Source: the human T2T-CHM13v2.0 reference genome, Homo sapiens. From it: a DNA stretch of 64,000 nucleotides. Both the position numbers and the translations under genes were made by a program. The notes beneath the pieces are model-generated. The model was not told where the DNA came from. It saw nothing but the letters and a program-made list of their open reading frames with translations, and did no database searches. The stretch is from NCBI RefSeq assembly GCF_009914755.1, contig NC_060943.1; one strand, 5' to 3'. How positions within the stretch are numbered: position 1 is the first letter of the stretch; each line of letters begins with the position of its first letter. Below are positions 1-19,559 of the stretch, piece after piece.

Positions 1-664
1 CCGTCTCAGCCTCTCAAAGTGCTGGGATTACAGGCATGAGCCACCGTGCCTGGCCACATTTCCTTTCAAATGCTTTTTCCCATTTGTGTATTCTTTTTGA
101 GAAAAATTTAGTTCAATTATTTGTTCATTTCTAAATAAAATTATTCAACTTTATTGTTAAGTTTTACAAGTTGTTTATACATTCTCAATGTTAACTTCTA
201 TGATATGTGATTTGCAAATATTTTTAGCTATTTCCTAGGAGGCATTGTCACTCTATTGAATGTTTTCTTTGATGCGCAGAAACTTTGAAGTGTAATGCAG
301 TTAAATTTTACTGTTCTTTTCTTTGTTGCTCATGCGTTTAATGTCGTATCTAGGAAAATAGTGCCAAGACAAATGTCATGTCTTTCCCCCTTCATTTTTA
401 TATCTGGGCATTTTATTTAAAAATATTTTTCATATGTGGTTCAAGGATATAATCCATCTTCATCTTATCCATGTTGATATCCAGTTTTCAACATTATGTC
501 TTGAAGAGGTTATCTTTTTTTCTATTGTGTGCTCATGGCAACTTTACAAGATCATTTGATCATATACAGATTTCTGTGCTCTCTACTCTGTTCTTTGTTT
601 ATCTGTTTTTGTGTCAGTACCACATTGCTTTTGTTATTGTAGCTTTTATATTATTATTATTAAT

Positions 665-934
665 TTTTTTTTTTTCCTGAGACAGAGTCTCTCACTGTTT
701 CCCAGGCTGGAGTGCAATGGCATAATCTCGGCTCACTGCAACCTCTGCCTTTCAGGTTCAGGAGTAGCTGGGATTACAGGCACCCACCTCCACACCTGGC
801 TAATTTTTTGTATTCTTGGTAGAGACGGGGTTTCAGTATGTTGGCCAGACTGGTCTTGAACTCCTGACCTCATGATCCACCTGCCTTGGCCTCCCAAAGT
901 GCTGGGATTACAGACGTGAGCCACCTTGCTGGCC
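665..934 (-). mobile_element. Alu (AluS-like, internal deletion)
   Basis: T tract followed by the reverse-complement Alu body. Confidence 0.9.
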
Positions 935-1284
935 TATTATGTTTTTAAATCAGGAAGTATAATGCCTCTGTTCTTTTTCATGGGTGTTTGGCTATAGTTT
1001 ATAATCAAATTTTAAACAATATTTCTGTAAAAATATGTGGTATTGGGATTTCTAGTTAGATTATATTGAATTTGTTTGCCACTGTAGTTTGTATTGACAT
1101 CTTTGAAAAATTAATTTTTTTGAAACTTGGGCAAGAATATGTTGAAGGGTGTGTTTTATTTTTACGTAATTTTGGATTTTCCAGTTTTGCTTTTAATTCC
1201 TAGTTGCATTCAGTTTTGGTCAGAAAACACACAGTGTATAATTTTTGTCTGCTTAAATTTATTTGTTGTTGTTGTCATTGTTAT

Positions 1285-1699
<415 letters not shown>

Positions 1700-2095
1700 T
1701 GATGTGGTTTAGATGTTCGTGTTCTTCAAATCTTATGCTGCAATGTAATCCTCACTGTTGGATGTGGAACCTGGTGGGAGATGTTTAGATCATGGGGCAA
1801 ATTTCTCATGAATGGCTTTGTACTATCCTCTTGGTAATCAAAAAGTTTACACTCTGTTAATTCAGATGAGAGCTGCCTCATTAAAAGAACCTGGCCCCTT
1901 CACCTCACATTTGGTTCTGTCTTTTACTATGTGATATGTCCAGTTACTGTTGGCCTTCCACCATTGTGGAAGCTTACTGAAACCTTCCACCAGAGGCAGA
2001 TGCCGGCACACACTTCTTGTACAGTCTGCCCAACGATGAACCAAACAAGCCTTTTTATTTATAAATTATCCACTCTCAGGTATTCCTCTATGTGC
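1700..2095 (+). mobile_element. MaLR LTR (MST-like)
   Basis: tgatgtggtttagatg...aatgtaatcc...ttataaattatccactctcaggtattc resembles the MST/THE1 LTR consensus. Confidence 0.7.
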
Positions 2096-3969
2096 AAAAT
2101 AATATATTCTGTAACGTTGTCTAAGTTTTCTGTTTTCTTATTGATCTTTTCTCTGAATTTTCTATTTATTATTAAAAATGGGGTCTTGATGTCTACAATT
2201 ATTATGTTGCTATGTATTTCTTGTTTCACTTTTGTCAATATTTGCTTTACGTATTTTGGAGCCCTAATGTTGTATATACATATACACATAAATAAATAGG
2301 CATAATAGTTTTAGATTCCTGGTAAATTGATCCATTTTACTATTGTATAATATCAGTCTTTGTCTCATGCTAGTACTTGACTTAAAGCATATAATGTCTA
2401 ATATAATTATGAGTGTCTTACTCAATTGTGGTTATATTTGCATGTAATAAAAAGTTTTTCCATTCTGTTACTTTCAGCTTATTTGACTCTATATTTTCCA
2501 GTTTGTTATTGGTATTAAATATTATTTTATGTTGTGTATCTATTAACAGATTTATATTTTGTTTTTCATATTCTATAGAGGAAATTTAAGAGTTTTATGC
2601 ACCATTATTTTGATAATAAATAATTTTATGTGTTGATATATTTAATAGTTTTTTATTTATATATGTTTTTATGATGCTGTTCAGCATCATTTTATTTTTT
2701 AACATAATGGACTCATTTAGCCTTTCTTTTTTATTTTGTATGCAGTGTCTCACTATGTTGCTCAGGCTGATCTTCAACTCCTAGTCTCAAGTAAGCTGAC
2801 TGCCTTGGCCTCTTAAAACTGTAGGATTTACAGGCATGAGCCACTGCCTGGCAACCATGTAGCAGTTTTTGTAGGACTGTGGTAGGGGTGATGAATACCC
2901 TCACCTTTTATTTTGAAAAGTCTTTATTTTTATCTTGTTTTTGAAGTAAAGTAATTATAATTAGTAGTATAATTATTATATATTTTTATATACTTATATA
3001 TTATATTAATATATAATTATAAACATATTTTCAAGTAGTATTGGTTAAGAATTTTTTATTACATCATAATTTGGAAAGTTCTCAGCTTTTTTAAATCTTC
3101 AAGTAACCTCTGTATTACTTTTTTGCTATATTATTCTATGATTTTTTTTCATGAATATATTGTTCTACTTGATGGTGTCCAATAAGTTTTACATTTCATG
3201 TTTTAATTTTGTTTTGCACTTTTATATTTTTGCGTTTTATATTTAAGGGTATTCCAGCTCACATTAGTTAATTGTGTTTGGATGTTTTAGTTTATATTAT
3301 AATTGTGTATGAAAATATTTAACTCTGCAATTTATGACAGTGTGAAGCAAAATCAAATATGAATCAGCCATATGTCTATTGCTAATGTGTTTATGTTTGC
3401 TTGCCTGTATAAATATTATTTCTATTTTCCTATAACTTGTGTATTTATTGTGTAGTTTGGTTGTGAATGGTTGTTTAATCCTGTGTAGGTGAGTAGTCAT
3501 AAAAATTCTTCTACTTTTATCATCTTATTTGTGAATCTATATTATTTCTGTGTGGGAGAAACACTTTTGAATTTTAAGATAATATAAAAACTATCATTAC
3601 TCTGTATCTTAGGTATTTCTGTTTATTTTTACTTATCAAAAACATAAAATTTATAATAAAATATTTGTAAATATTCAATTTAGTGATCTTAATTATATTG
3701 ACATTGTTTTGCAACATATCACCAAAATGTTTTTATCTTGCAAAGCTGAATCTGAATACACATTAAACAACTACCAATTTTTTCCATTTTGTAGCACTTT
3801 CCAAACACCACTCTGTTTTCCTTGTCTAAGGTTGTAACTGCTTTAAATATCCTATACAATCTCTGTCTTTCTGTGGCTGGCTCATTTTATTTGGCATAAT
3901 GTCATCAAAACTTATATTTACAGTTGTCAGAATATTTCCTGCTTTTTGAAAACTGAGGGATATTCCAGT

Positions 3970-4279
3970 ATTTTGTTTTTTGTTTTTTTGAGGTGAAGTT
4001 TCACGCTGTCGCCCAGGCTGGAGTACAGAGTGCAATGGCGCGATCTCGGCTCACTGCAGCCTCCGCCTCCTGGGTTCAAGCAATTCTCCTGCCTCAGCCT
4101 CTCAAGTAGCTGAGATTACAGGCATGCGCCACCATGCCCGGCTCATTTTTGTATTTTTAGTGGAGGTGGGGTTTCACCATGTTGGACACGCTGGTCTCGA
4201 ACTCCTGACCTCATGTGATCCACCCGCCTTGGCCTTCCAAAGTGCTGGGATTACAGGTTTGAGCCACCGCACCCAGCCT
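3970..4279 (-). mobile_element. Alu (AluS)
   Basis: Full reverse Alu dimer. Confidence 0.9.
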
Positions 4280-5983
4280 ATTCCAGTAATTTTATATTTC
4301 AAATTAAATCTGCTGGATGGTTTAATGACAGAAATTTGCATTGCTTTCACCCATTGGCTTTCAGTAACAATGCTGCAATAATTATGGGTAAGTAAATGAC
4401 TCTTTATATGACATGTACATTACGTATGTACTGCATTCTCTTATTAGTCTATGTTTTCAGCTTTATACTTATACCAAGTTGTTTTAATTTTGTAGCTTTG
4501 TACTGTGTTTGAAATCAGGAAGTGTAATGCCTCAAACATTGTTTTTTTTTTTTGAAGATTGTTGGGTACTTTATTGTCTTTTGAGATTCCATATACTTCT
4601 GAGGTTGCTGTTTCTATTTCTTCAAAAATGCAATGAGAAGTTTTAAAAACATTGCCTTAAATGTGTAGATTACATTGAGCAGTATGAACATCTTTACAGC
4701 ATTAATTATACCCTGATTCCATTTTTATCTTAAAGAGTAATTTATAAAATTTTAGTTCTAAAAAATTTGTTAAGACTTCTTTTTTTGTCCTAACAGGTTG
4801 TCTATCAAAAAGAATGTCGTATGAGCTATTGAGAAAGGTGTATATCCTGATGTTACTGAGGAGTGTTCTCTATGCCTCTGTTAGAAGTAATTGTTTTATA
4901 TTGCCTTAAAGTTACCTGTTGCCTTCTAATATTCTTTTTTTTTATTATTATAGAAAGTAGGTATTGAAATATCCTACTATAAAAATTATATTGCACTCTA
5001 TGTGTTTCATCGATTCTGTCAATATTTGTTTTATATATTTGGAACCTTAATGTGAGATATACACATGCACACACACACACACACACACACCCCACAAATG
5101 TATATAGAAATTTTTCAGAGGTTCTCAGTGAGTGAATCTATTATTGTTTAATGTCCTTCTTTGTCTCTTTGGAGTTTTGACTTTAAAGTACATTTTATAA
5201 AATATGACAGTTTTAACTTAAGATGTGTTGTGTAATATTACTTAGACCTCTTCTGCTCTCATTTGGTTAAAATTTGCATGGAATGTCTACTTCCATCTTG
5301 CCACTTTCAGTCTTTCTTTATCATTAGATCGCAACTGACTCTTGTAGAAAGGCAAGTTGAATCCTGGTTTTTAATTTTTTTAATAAATCCCTTTATTGAA
5401 AGTATGTCTTTTAATTAAAAAGTTAACTTTATGTATATTTAATTTTCTGAAACAGACTTACAAATGTTATTTTATTGTTTTAGTTGATTCTTGTTTCTTT
5501 GTTCCCAATTTTCTCTCTCTCTTTCTTTGTGTCATTTTTATTTTTGTACTAATATGCTTTCACTTTTTAAAATTTTCTTTTATATCTCTATACAGATTTT
5601 TTTGTGGTACCTTGGGGTTTACATAAAATCTCTAAAAGATGCAACAGTATATTTAATTATGGTAAAAAATGAACTTTAGTTGTATACAAAAAATCTTTCT
5701 CATTATATCTGCCCTCAACTTTCTTATTGATGTTGCTAATTATATCTTTATGTTGTAAGTACATTAATGAGTGTTTATAATAATTAGTGTTTTTATTTTT
5801 CAACTTTTAGAGAATAACTAAAAATGTTTTCTGCACCATTATGATAATGCTAAGGAATTCTAATTTTGGATATGTGCATATCTTTCCCAGAAAGTTATGC
5901 ATTTTTATGTAATAATATGTTGTTTTCTTACATTATGTTATTTTTAGCATCTTTGATATGTAGGGCATATGCAATGCCAATAC

Positions 5984-6018
<35 letters not shown>

Positions 6019-7150
6019 AATTTCAGGACTATTACAATATCACATAGTTCCCTTCTCGCTTGCAAAATTTTCATGACAAATTTACTAGTAATCTCATAAG
6101 ACTATGCTTATAAATGACACATCACTTTTATCTTGCATCTTTGAGGATTTTCTACTTTGTGACTTGAAATTGCACTCATGCATGTGTTTGTTATAAATAT
6201 CTTTGTATGTATTCTAGTTTGTTGAGCTTCTTCATTTTTACATCATTTTTTCTTATATTAAAATTTTTTTGTATTTTTCACCTCCACAATTTCTGTTTTT
6301 TGATATTTTTAATATTTTTGTTGTTATCCTCATTCTTCTAATTTTCAATTGTTGTCTGTGTTTCTATTTTCCTCACTGAATATTATTCAAGTTTTTCAAA
6401 CTAATTTGTATATCTTTATTTTTAATGATAGCTTTCTGAAATTTTTATGTTTCTGATGGGGCTATGTTGCCCCAATATTTTTATATGTTGTAATCTTTCA
6501 TTGAAATTTAGACATTAAAAACAAACCACCTGTAACAATCTTTATAATATAGCTTTGTCTTGGCATATCTGAAACCAATTGTCTTGGATAGAGATTCTGA
6601 GAGTTTCTCTAACATGTTCTTAGGATGTGTCTTGTCTGAAATGTTTTAGGTCTTTTTTAGTTAAAGGAGTTTGTTCATGTTTCTTCTTAATAGTCAGTAA
6701 TCATTTGCTACAACTATTTCCTGCCTATAATATTGCAATCTCTTTGCTGCTGTAGCATTTACCTTTGATCTCAGCAGACTCAAACTGCCATTCCAATGTA
6801 TACCATTTATTTCAAGACAGAAACCAGTGTCTGGAAAAGTCCCTAGAAACCAGAAATAAAAATGTTTTTTGCCGCTATTTTTCTTGTCTTTTATAAAAGA
6901 AACCAAGAGTTGCCAATTTACTTCTAAAGCCACTGTGTTACATTGGGCAACCGAAATAGCTGTGTTGTAAATGTAACAAACTTTTTTTTTCCTATGTGGC
7001 TCTTTGCATTATGCTCACCTGGGGCACTGCACACACTTAACTCATTTATAAATTTTCCACAAATGTATTTTGGTCAGTATGTTTTTGTTACATTTAAATG
7101 TCTATGAAGGATTTAGGGCCTATGGTATTTTGCTGTGCCATCTTACTTAA

Positions 7151-9170
<2,020 letters not shown>

Positions 9171-9173
9171 CTT

Positions 9174-9179
9174 AATAAA
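9174..9179 (+). terminator. Candidate proximal poly(A) signal AATAAA for ZNF85
   Basis: AATAAA about 375 bp after the stop codon, at the end of the decayed fingers. Usage cannot be shown from sequence. Confidence 0.45.
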
Positions 9180-9379
9180 AGCATTATAAATGGAATTACT
9201 GTCAAAAGCATTCAGAAAATATAAGCCTTTAATGTGAAAAAGAGTAACCATTTTGAAGACAAACATTGCAAATTTAAAGAGGGTTGTAGTACCTTTAATT
9301 GTATCACAAATCTTATTGTACAGATTTTGTACTAGAGGAAACCCCTGAAGCAGTTGCTTAAATTTTGTTTAAAATCAGA

Positions 9380-9680
<301 letters not shown>

Positions 9681-10229
9681 AACATCAGAGGATTTATATT
9701 TGAGAAAAACCCTGCAAATGTAACAAATTTTGAAAAACTTTTTCAAAAACTACAGCTTAAAAAGCAGCAGAGGATTCATACTAAAATATATTTTTGCAGA
9801 TGCAGTAGATATAAAAATATATTTAATCCAAAGTTAAGTTTATGTAAATATCAGAGGATTCACAGTAGAAATATCTAAGGTGCTGGCACTTCAGACACCA
9901 CACTAAATCAGAGTGCTGAGTATAGAAAATAATCCAAAACTAAATTTGGTGGATTAATTATTTGTATATAACTTTAAAAGAAGTAGAACTTTTTTTGCAG
10001 AGTTTTAATTACATTCAAAGTATACTTTTTTCCTTAAAAAAGTTAGGTTTTTTTGAAAAGAAAATAATCATGTCATTCAACTTTCAAATTACTTCATGCT
10101 CTTTCTTCTTCATTGCTATTATATTCACATGTGAAAGCATGTGATCAGTGGTTGCTACATCAAAGATAGGAGATTTTTTTTTCTTAGGTCATTATTTATG
10201 ACCTTTTCTATTAAAGAATAAGAACATTA

Positions 10230-10519
<290 letters not shown>

Positions 10520-10529
10520 GTATACTATT

Positions 10530-10541
10530 CTTTTTTTTTCT

Positions 10542-10572
<31 letters not shown>

Positions 10573-11966
10573 ATTGATCATTCTTGGGTGTTTCTCGCAG
10601 AGGGGGATTTGGCAGGGTCATAGGACAATAGTGGAGGGAAGGTCAGCAGATAAACAAGTGAACAAAGGTCTCTGGTTTTCCTAGGCAGAGGACCCTGCGG
10701 CCTTCCGCAGTGTTTGTGTCCCTGGGTACTTGAGATTAGGGAGTGGTGATGACTCTTAACGAGCATGCTGCCTTCAAGCATCTGTTTAACAAAGCACATC
10801 TTGCACCGCCCTTAGTCCATTTAACCCTGAGTGGACACAGCACATGTTTCAGAGAGCACAGGGTTGGGGGTAAGGTCATAGATCAACAGCATCCCAAGGC
10901 AGAAGAATTTTTCTTAGTACAGAACAAAATGAAGTCTCCCATGTCTACTTCTTTCTACATAGACACAGCAACAATCTGATTTCTCTATCTTTTCCCCACC
11001 TTTCCCCCTTTTCTATTCGACAAAACCGCCATCGTCATCATGGCCCGTTCTCAATGAGCTGTTGCGTACACCTCCCAGACAGGGTGGCGGCCGGGCAGAG
11101 GGGCTCCTCACTTCCCAGAAGGGGCGGCTGGGCAGAGGCGCCCCCCCACCCAACTTCCTGGACGGGGCGGCGGCCAGGCGGAGGGGGGCCCCCCACCTCC
11201 CTCCCGGACGGGGCGGCTGCCAGGCGGAGACACTCCTCACTTCCCAGACGGGGTGGCTGCCGGGCGGAGGGGCTCCTCACTTCTCAGACGGGGCGGCCGG
11301 GCAGAGACGCTCCTCACCTCCCAGACGGGGCCGCGGCCAGGCAGAGGCACTCCCTGCATCTCCGACGATGGGCGGCCGGGCAGAGACGCTCCTCACTTCC
11401 TAGACGGGATGGCGGCTGGGAAGAGGCGCTCCTCACTTCCCAGACTGGGCAGCTGAGCAGAGGGGCTCCTTACATCCCAGACGATGGGCGGCCAGGCAGA
11501 GCCGCGCCTCACTTCCCAGACGGGGTGGCAGCCAGGCAGAGGCTGCAATCTCGGCACTTTGGGAGGCCAAGGCAGGCGGCTGGGAGGTGGAGGTTGTAGC
11601 GAGCCGAGATCACGCCACTGCACTCCAGCCTGGGCAACATTGAGCACTGAGTGAACGAGACTCCGTCTGCAATCCTGGCACCTTGGGAGGCCGAGGCTGG
11701 CGGATCACTCGCGGTTAGGAGCTGGAGACCAGCCCAGCCAACACAGCGAAACCCCGTCTCCACCAAAAAAATACGAAAACCAGTCAGGCGTGGCAGCGCA
11801 CGCCTTCAGTCGCAGGCACTCGGCAGGCTGAGGCAGGAGAATCAGGCAAGGAGGTTGCAGTGAGCCGAGATGGCAGCAGTACAGTCCAGCTTCGGCTTGG
11901 CATCAGAGGGAGACCGTGGAAAGAGAGGGAGAGGGAGACCGTGGGGAGAGGGAGAGGGAGAAGGAG
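10530..11966 (-). mobile_element. SVA retrotransposon, near full length, probably an older subfamily (A-C)
   Basis: On the + strand: T-rich tail, SINE-R (HERV-K LTR-derived), GC-rich VNTR (ctcctcacttcccagacggg units), Alu-like domain and (GAGAGG)n hexamers. TSD AAGTATACTATT (10518-10529) / AAGTACACTATT (11967-11978). Confidence 0.95.
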
Positions 11967-12033
11967 AAGTACACTATTACGTATGCTCCAGCCTGGGTGA
12001 CAGGGCGAGACTCCATCTCAAAAACAAAAAAGG

Positions 12034-12133
12034 AGCGCACCAGCATGGCACATGTATACATATGTAACTAACCTGCACAATGTGCACATGTACACTAAAA
12101 CTTAAAGTATAATAAAAAAAAAAAAGAAAAAAA
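12034..12133 (+). mobile_element. Very short 3' fragment of a young L1PA
   Basis: agcgcaccagcatggcacatgtatacatatgtaactaacctgcacaatgtgcacatgtac...aaagtataat followed by an A tail. Confidence 0.9.
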
Positions 12134-13225
12134 TAACCATTGTACCACCAAAAAAAAAAAAAAAGAATAAGAACATTAAAACGTAAGATGCATGATGAAA
12201 ATCTAAGTGGTGGGGCTCTTTGTGGTTAACATAATATTGAGTGATATATGAGGTGGTTGTTTAGAGTAATATTCTTCTGCATTATAGTAAATGAAAAACA
12301 TTTTTAATATTAGTTAAAATTAGTAATATATTATTTTACTAATTATATTTCTATGTAATAAAATGCAGTACGTTTTTAAATTTTCAGACTACATGTAAAC
12401 TTAGTTTTATAATTAAACTTTTTTAAACATATTATGATCATTGTGCATTCAACGATGCGTTGTGATGCCACTAAGTTTAACCTATCTACCGTACTCAAGA
12501 ATGTAGTTAAAAGATGGTTACAGTGTGCAGGTTGGTAACATAATGAACTAACATCTCTTTTGCCAGTGGCTTTAAACTGCAAATAGGTTAAAGAATATTG
12601 TTCTTGTAGGTTAAATTTTTATTCTTTTTTTCTTATATGAACTTATTTTTAAAAATTTTTGTGAGTACATAGTATGTGTATATATTTATACCATATATAG
12701 AATATTTTGATACAGGCATATAATATGTAACAATCACATCAGGGTAAGTGAAGTATCCATCACCTCCAGCATTACCCTTTGTATTACAAACCTATTCTAC
12801 ACATTTAGTTCTTTTGAAATGTGCAATTGTTATTGGTTACAGTAACCAATTTGCATGGAATGTCTATTTCCATCTGGCCACTTTGGCAAGTGGCAAGATT
12901 TTGGTCATGATTTTGTTTTATGGTCATAATAAGAATTGTATAGAAGTATTAATAAAATCCATACATTTCTGAATTCTGAATAAACATTTAAAAATTTGTT
13001 AATATTTTTCTTTAAACATGTGGTCTTACTGCCTGCAAACACATACAGACTCTTAATTTTTATTTACATAGATGTAAATATACACATATATTACTCTAAA
13101 GATAAACCTTAAGGGTAAGAAAATTATAAAGTATGTGTGTTTTTGTGAATATGAATTTGTACCTATATTCAGAAGAAAAGAGCAATATTGGCACAAAACA
13201 AATCATCTTAATAAGGTAACTAATT

Positions 13226-13514
<289 letters not shown>

Positions 13515-15049
13515 AATAAGGTAACTAGTTTACTAGAAAACTGAATACCTCAAAAATGCTGAAAACAAATGTATACTGTCTGCTTTGTGTTAAATTTATT
13601 ACTGTAATATCTTATGGTTTATAGTTCAGAATCTTCCCATGCAAATATTTTGTTTTGACTTGCCTGATACTCATGCTGGACCTATAATTTTCTTTTTTTT
13701 ATAATTTTTTTTATAGTTTCTGAGGCATTATGTGAGCTTGTCAGGGATTATAATGCTTTTATAAAATTTAGTAGTGCACACAAAATAATATTTATATGTA
13801 ATTCCAAAATTAGTCTATCAAGTTATATTTTATTTTCTTAGAACATTTCATTTGTTCTTTTAATTGGAGAACTCTTTAAACCTGCTTTAGTTGTTGTTCT
13901 TTTCACTTTTTATAATTGAAATAACTATATTTATTTATTGAGCCAATTTTTTTTTCAGGTAAATACTAAGGATGCTTTATAAGTCATGAGGATGTTTTTA
14001 TATATAAATATAGCAAACAAACATGAGAGTGCTTGCTGTGTAACAAATGCTGCATAACAAGCTATAAATATTCCTGCTGAAGTTAGTTTGTAACTTCAAG
14101 TCAGAGATGGAAAATATCAATGGTGAAAAAATAATATTGATTTTTCATGTTAAAAAGACACTTTTTCCAGGCTACAAAACTAACTCTTGCTGAATTTGAA
14201 GAGAAATTCTTCTTCCTTTATTTTCTAAGTATCTTTTGTTTTATTATGTGTATTCCAGCTATGTATGCATCACAGCCCTTCTCCTTCTTTTTCAGTATTA
14301 TATCTATGGTTTTCTCATTGTTGTCTTTATGCCATGTCATTTTACATGGTACTTTGTAGGTTTTGATGAGAAAGTTGGTATTTTTTTAATGTACTAAAAA
14401 ATTAGTTTTAACTGGAGAGTTTGTCAATACAACTTTCAGATCAGTTAATTAAGATAAAAGGCATTCAGTATCCACAGGTGAGAGGAATAAGTCAGTTAGT
14501 TTTCTTTTTTTCTGCTTGTAAAAGAAAAAAAATCTTACACAAAGTGTGGCAAATATTTGCTAAAAAATATATCTCAGAAATTAAATTTTTAAGAAAGCTA
14601 ATGGTGAGTGAAATTTTTTAAATTTAATTTTCTATGATATAGCACAACTTAACGTTTCCGTGCAGAATCTTCTATTTTTAAGTGTGAATGTTAAAGTTTG
14701 TAAAATAATAAAATGACCTCTGTGGATTTAAAATTTGGAATAATATTTCTTTTTTATATTGATATTACAATTTGAAAAAATCTCTCAGTCTTATATAATT
14801 TTTTTAGTGGGTGAAGTTCAGTCTAGAGTTTCTATTCTTTGTCACATAACTGTAGCCAACTTATTGATCATTTTCTCTGTAAAACTTGGAGATCATGACA
14901 GCTTTTGGATTGAAACATATCCTATTAGTTTGCTCACAAACTTGTTTACTGTGTTCGAAGAGTGGCCAGTCATGAGACCAAAGCAACAACTGCCCTTTTA
15001 GTGTCTTTTATGCAGTTATTATCTGTAATAAATAAATATTTATTCTGTA

Positions 15050-18410
<3,361 letters not shown>

Positions 18411-19559
18411 TAAATGTTGAGTTGTGAAATCACAGCTAACTCCACATAAATACAAAACATCCTCAGAGACTACTATGAACATCTCCATGCATGCGAAGTA
18501 AAAAATTTACAGGAAATAGATAAACTGGATACACACAACCTCTCAAGATTGAACCAGAAAGAAGCAAACATCTTGAACACAGCAAAAATTAATAAAATGT
18601 ATAATGAAATTATAAATTTAGCAATAGAAATTATACATTATATTATAGAATAGTAATAGAAATCATACATTAGTAATAGAAATATATACATTGGTAATAG
18701 AAAACCCGCGAACCATGAATAGCCCTAGATCAGATGAATTCACAACTAAATTCTACCACATATACAAAGATGAACCAGTACTAATCCTCTGAATGTACTC
18801 CAAAAATCAAGGTGGGATTTCTTCCTAACTATATAAAACCAGTATCACCTTGATATCAAAATCTAGTGAAGACACAACAACAACAAAAACTATAGGCCAA
18901 TATTTTGGGTGATCATTAAAACAAAAGTTCTCCATAAAATACTAGCAAGCTGAGTTCATAATCAAATCAAAACGTTATTTTACCACAATCCTGGGAGATT
19001 TACTTCATGAATGCAAGGATGTTTCATCATATATAAGTCAATAAATGTGATTCATCAGGTAAAGATGATTAAAAGCTAACATGATTATCACAATAGATAC
19101 AGAAAAGGCATTCAAAAAATCCAATACCTATAAAAATATTCTCAACAAACTAGGTATTAAAGAAACATCTCAAAATAGTAAAGCCATCTGTGACAAATCT
19201 GCAGCTGAAATCATGCTGAACAGGCAAAAGCTGGATGAACTCTCCATATGAATAAAAATAAGACAAGAATATCCACTCTTAACACTCGTATTCAACATAG
19301 TTCTGGAAGTCCTAGCTAGAGCAATTAAACAAGATAAAGAAATAAAAGAGATCTAAATAAGAAAAGAGAAAGTCAAATTATTCTCACAGATGATATAATT
19401 CTCTACCTGGGAAACTTTGGAGATGCCACAAAAAGACCCCTAAGCCTAAAAAATGACTTAAGCAAAGTCTCAGGATACAAAATTAACATACACAAATGAG
19501 TAGCATTTCTGTACATGAATAACATTCAAGCTGAGAACAAAATAAAAAACACAGTTCTG

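Noticed and set aside
11013-12067. Cluster of GC-rich overlapping ORFs
   Set aside because: They fall in the SVA VNTR and Alu-like domain, where stops are rare because of base composition.
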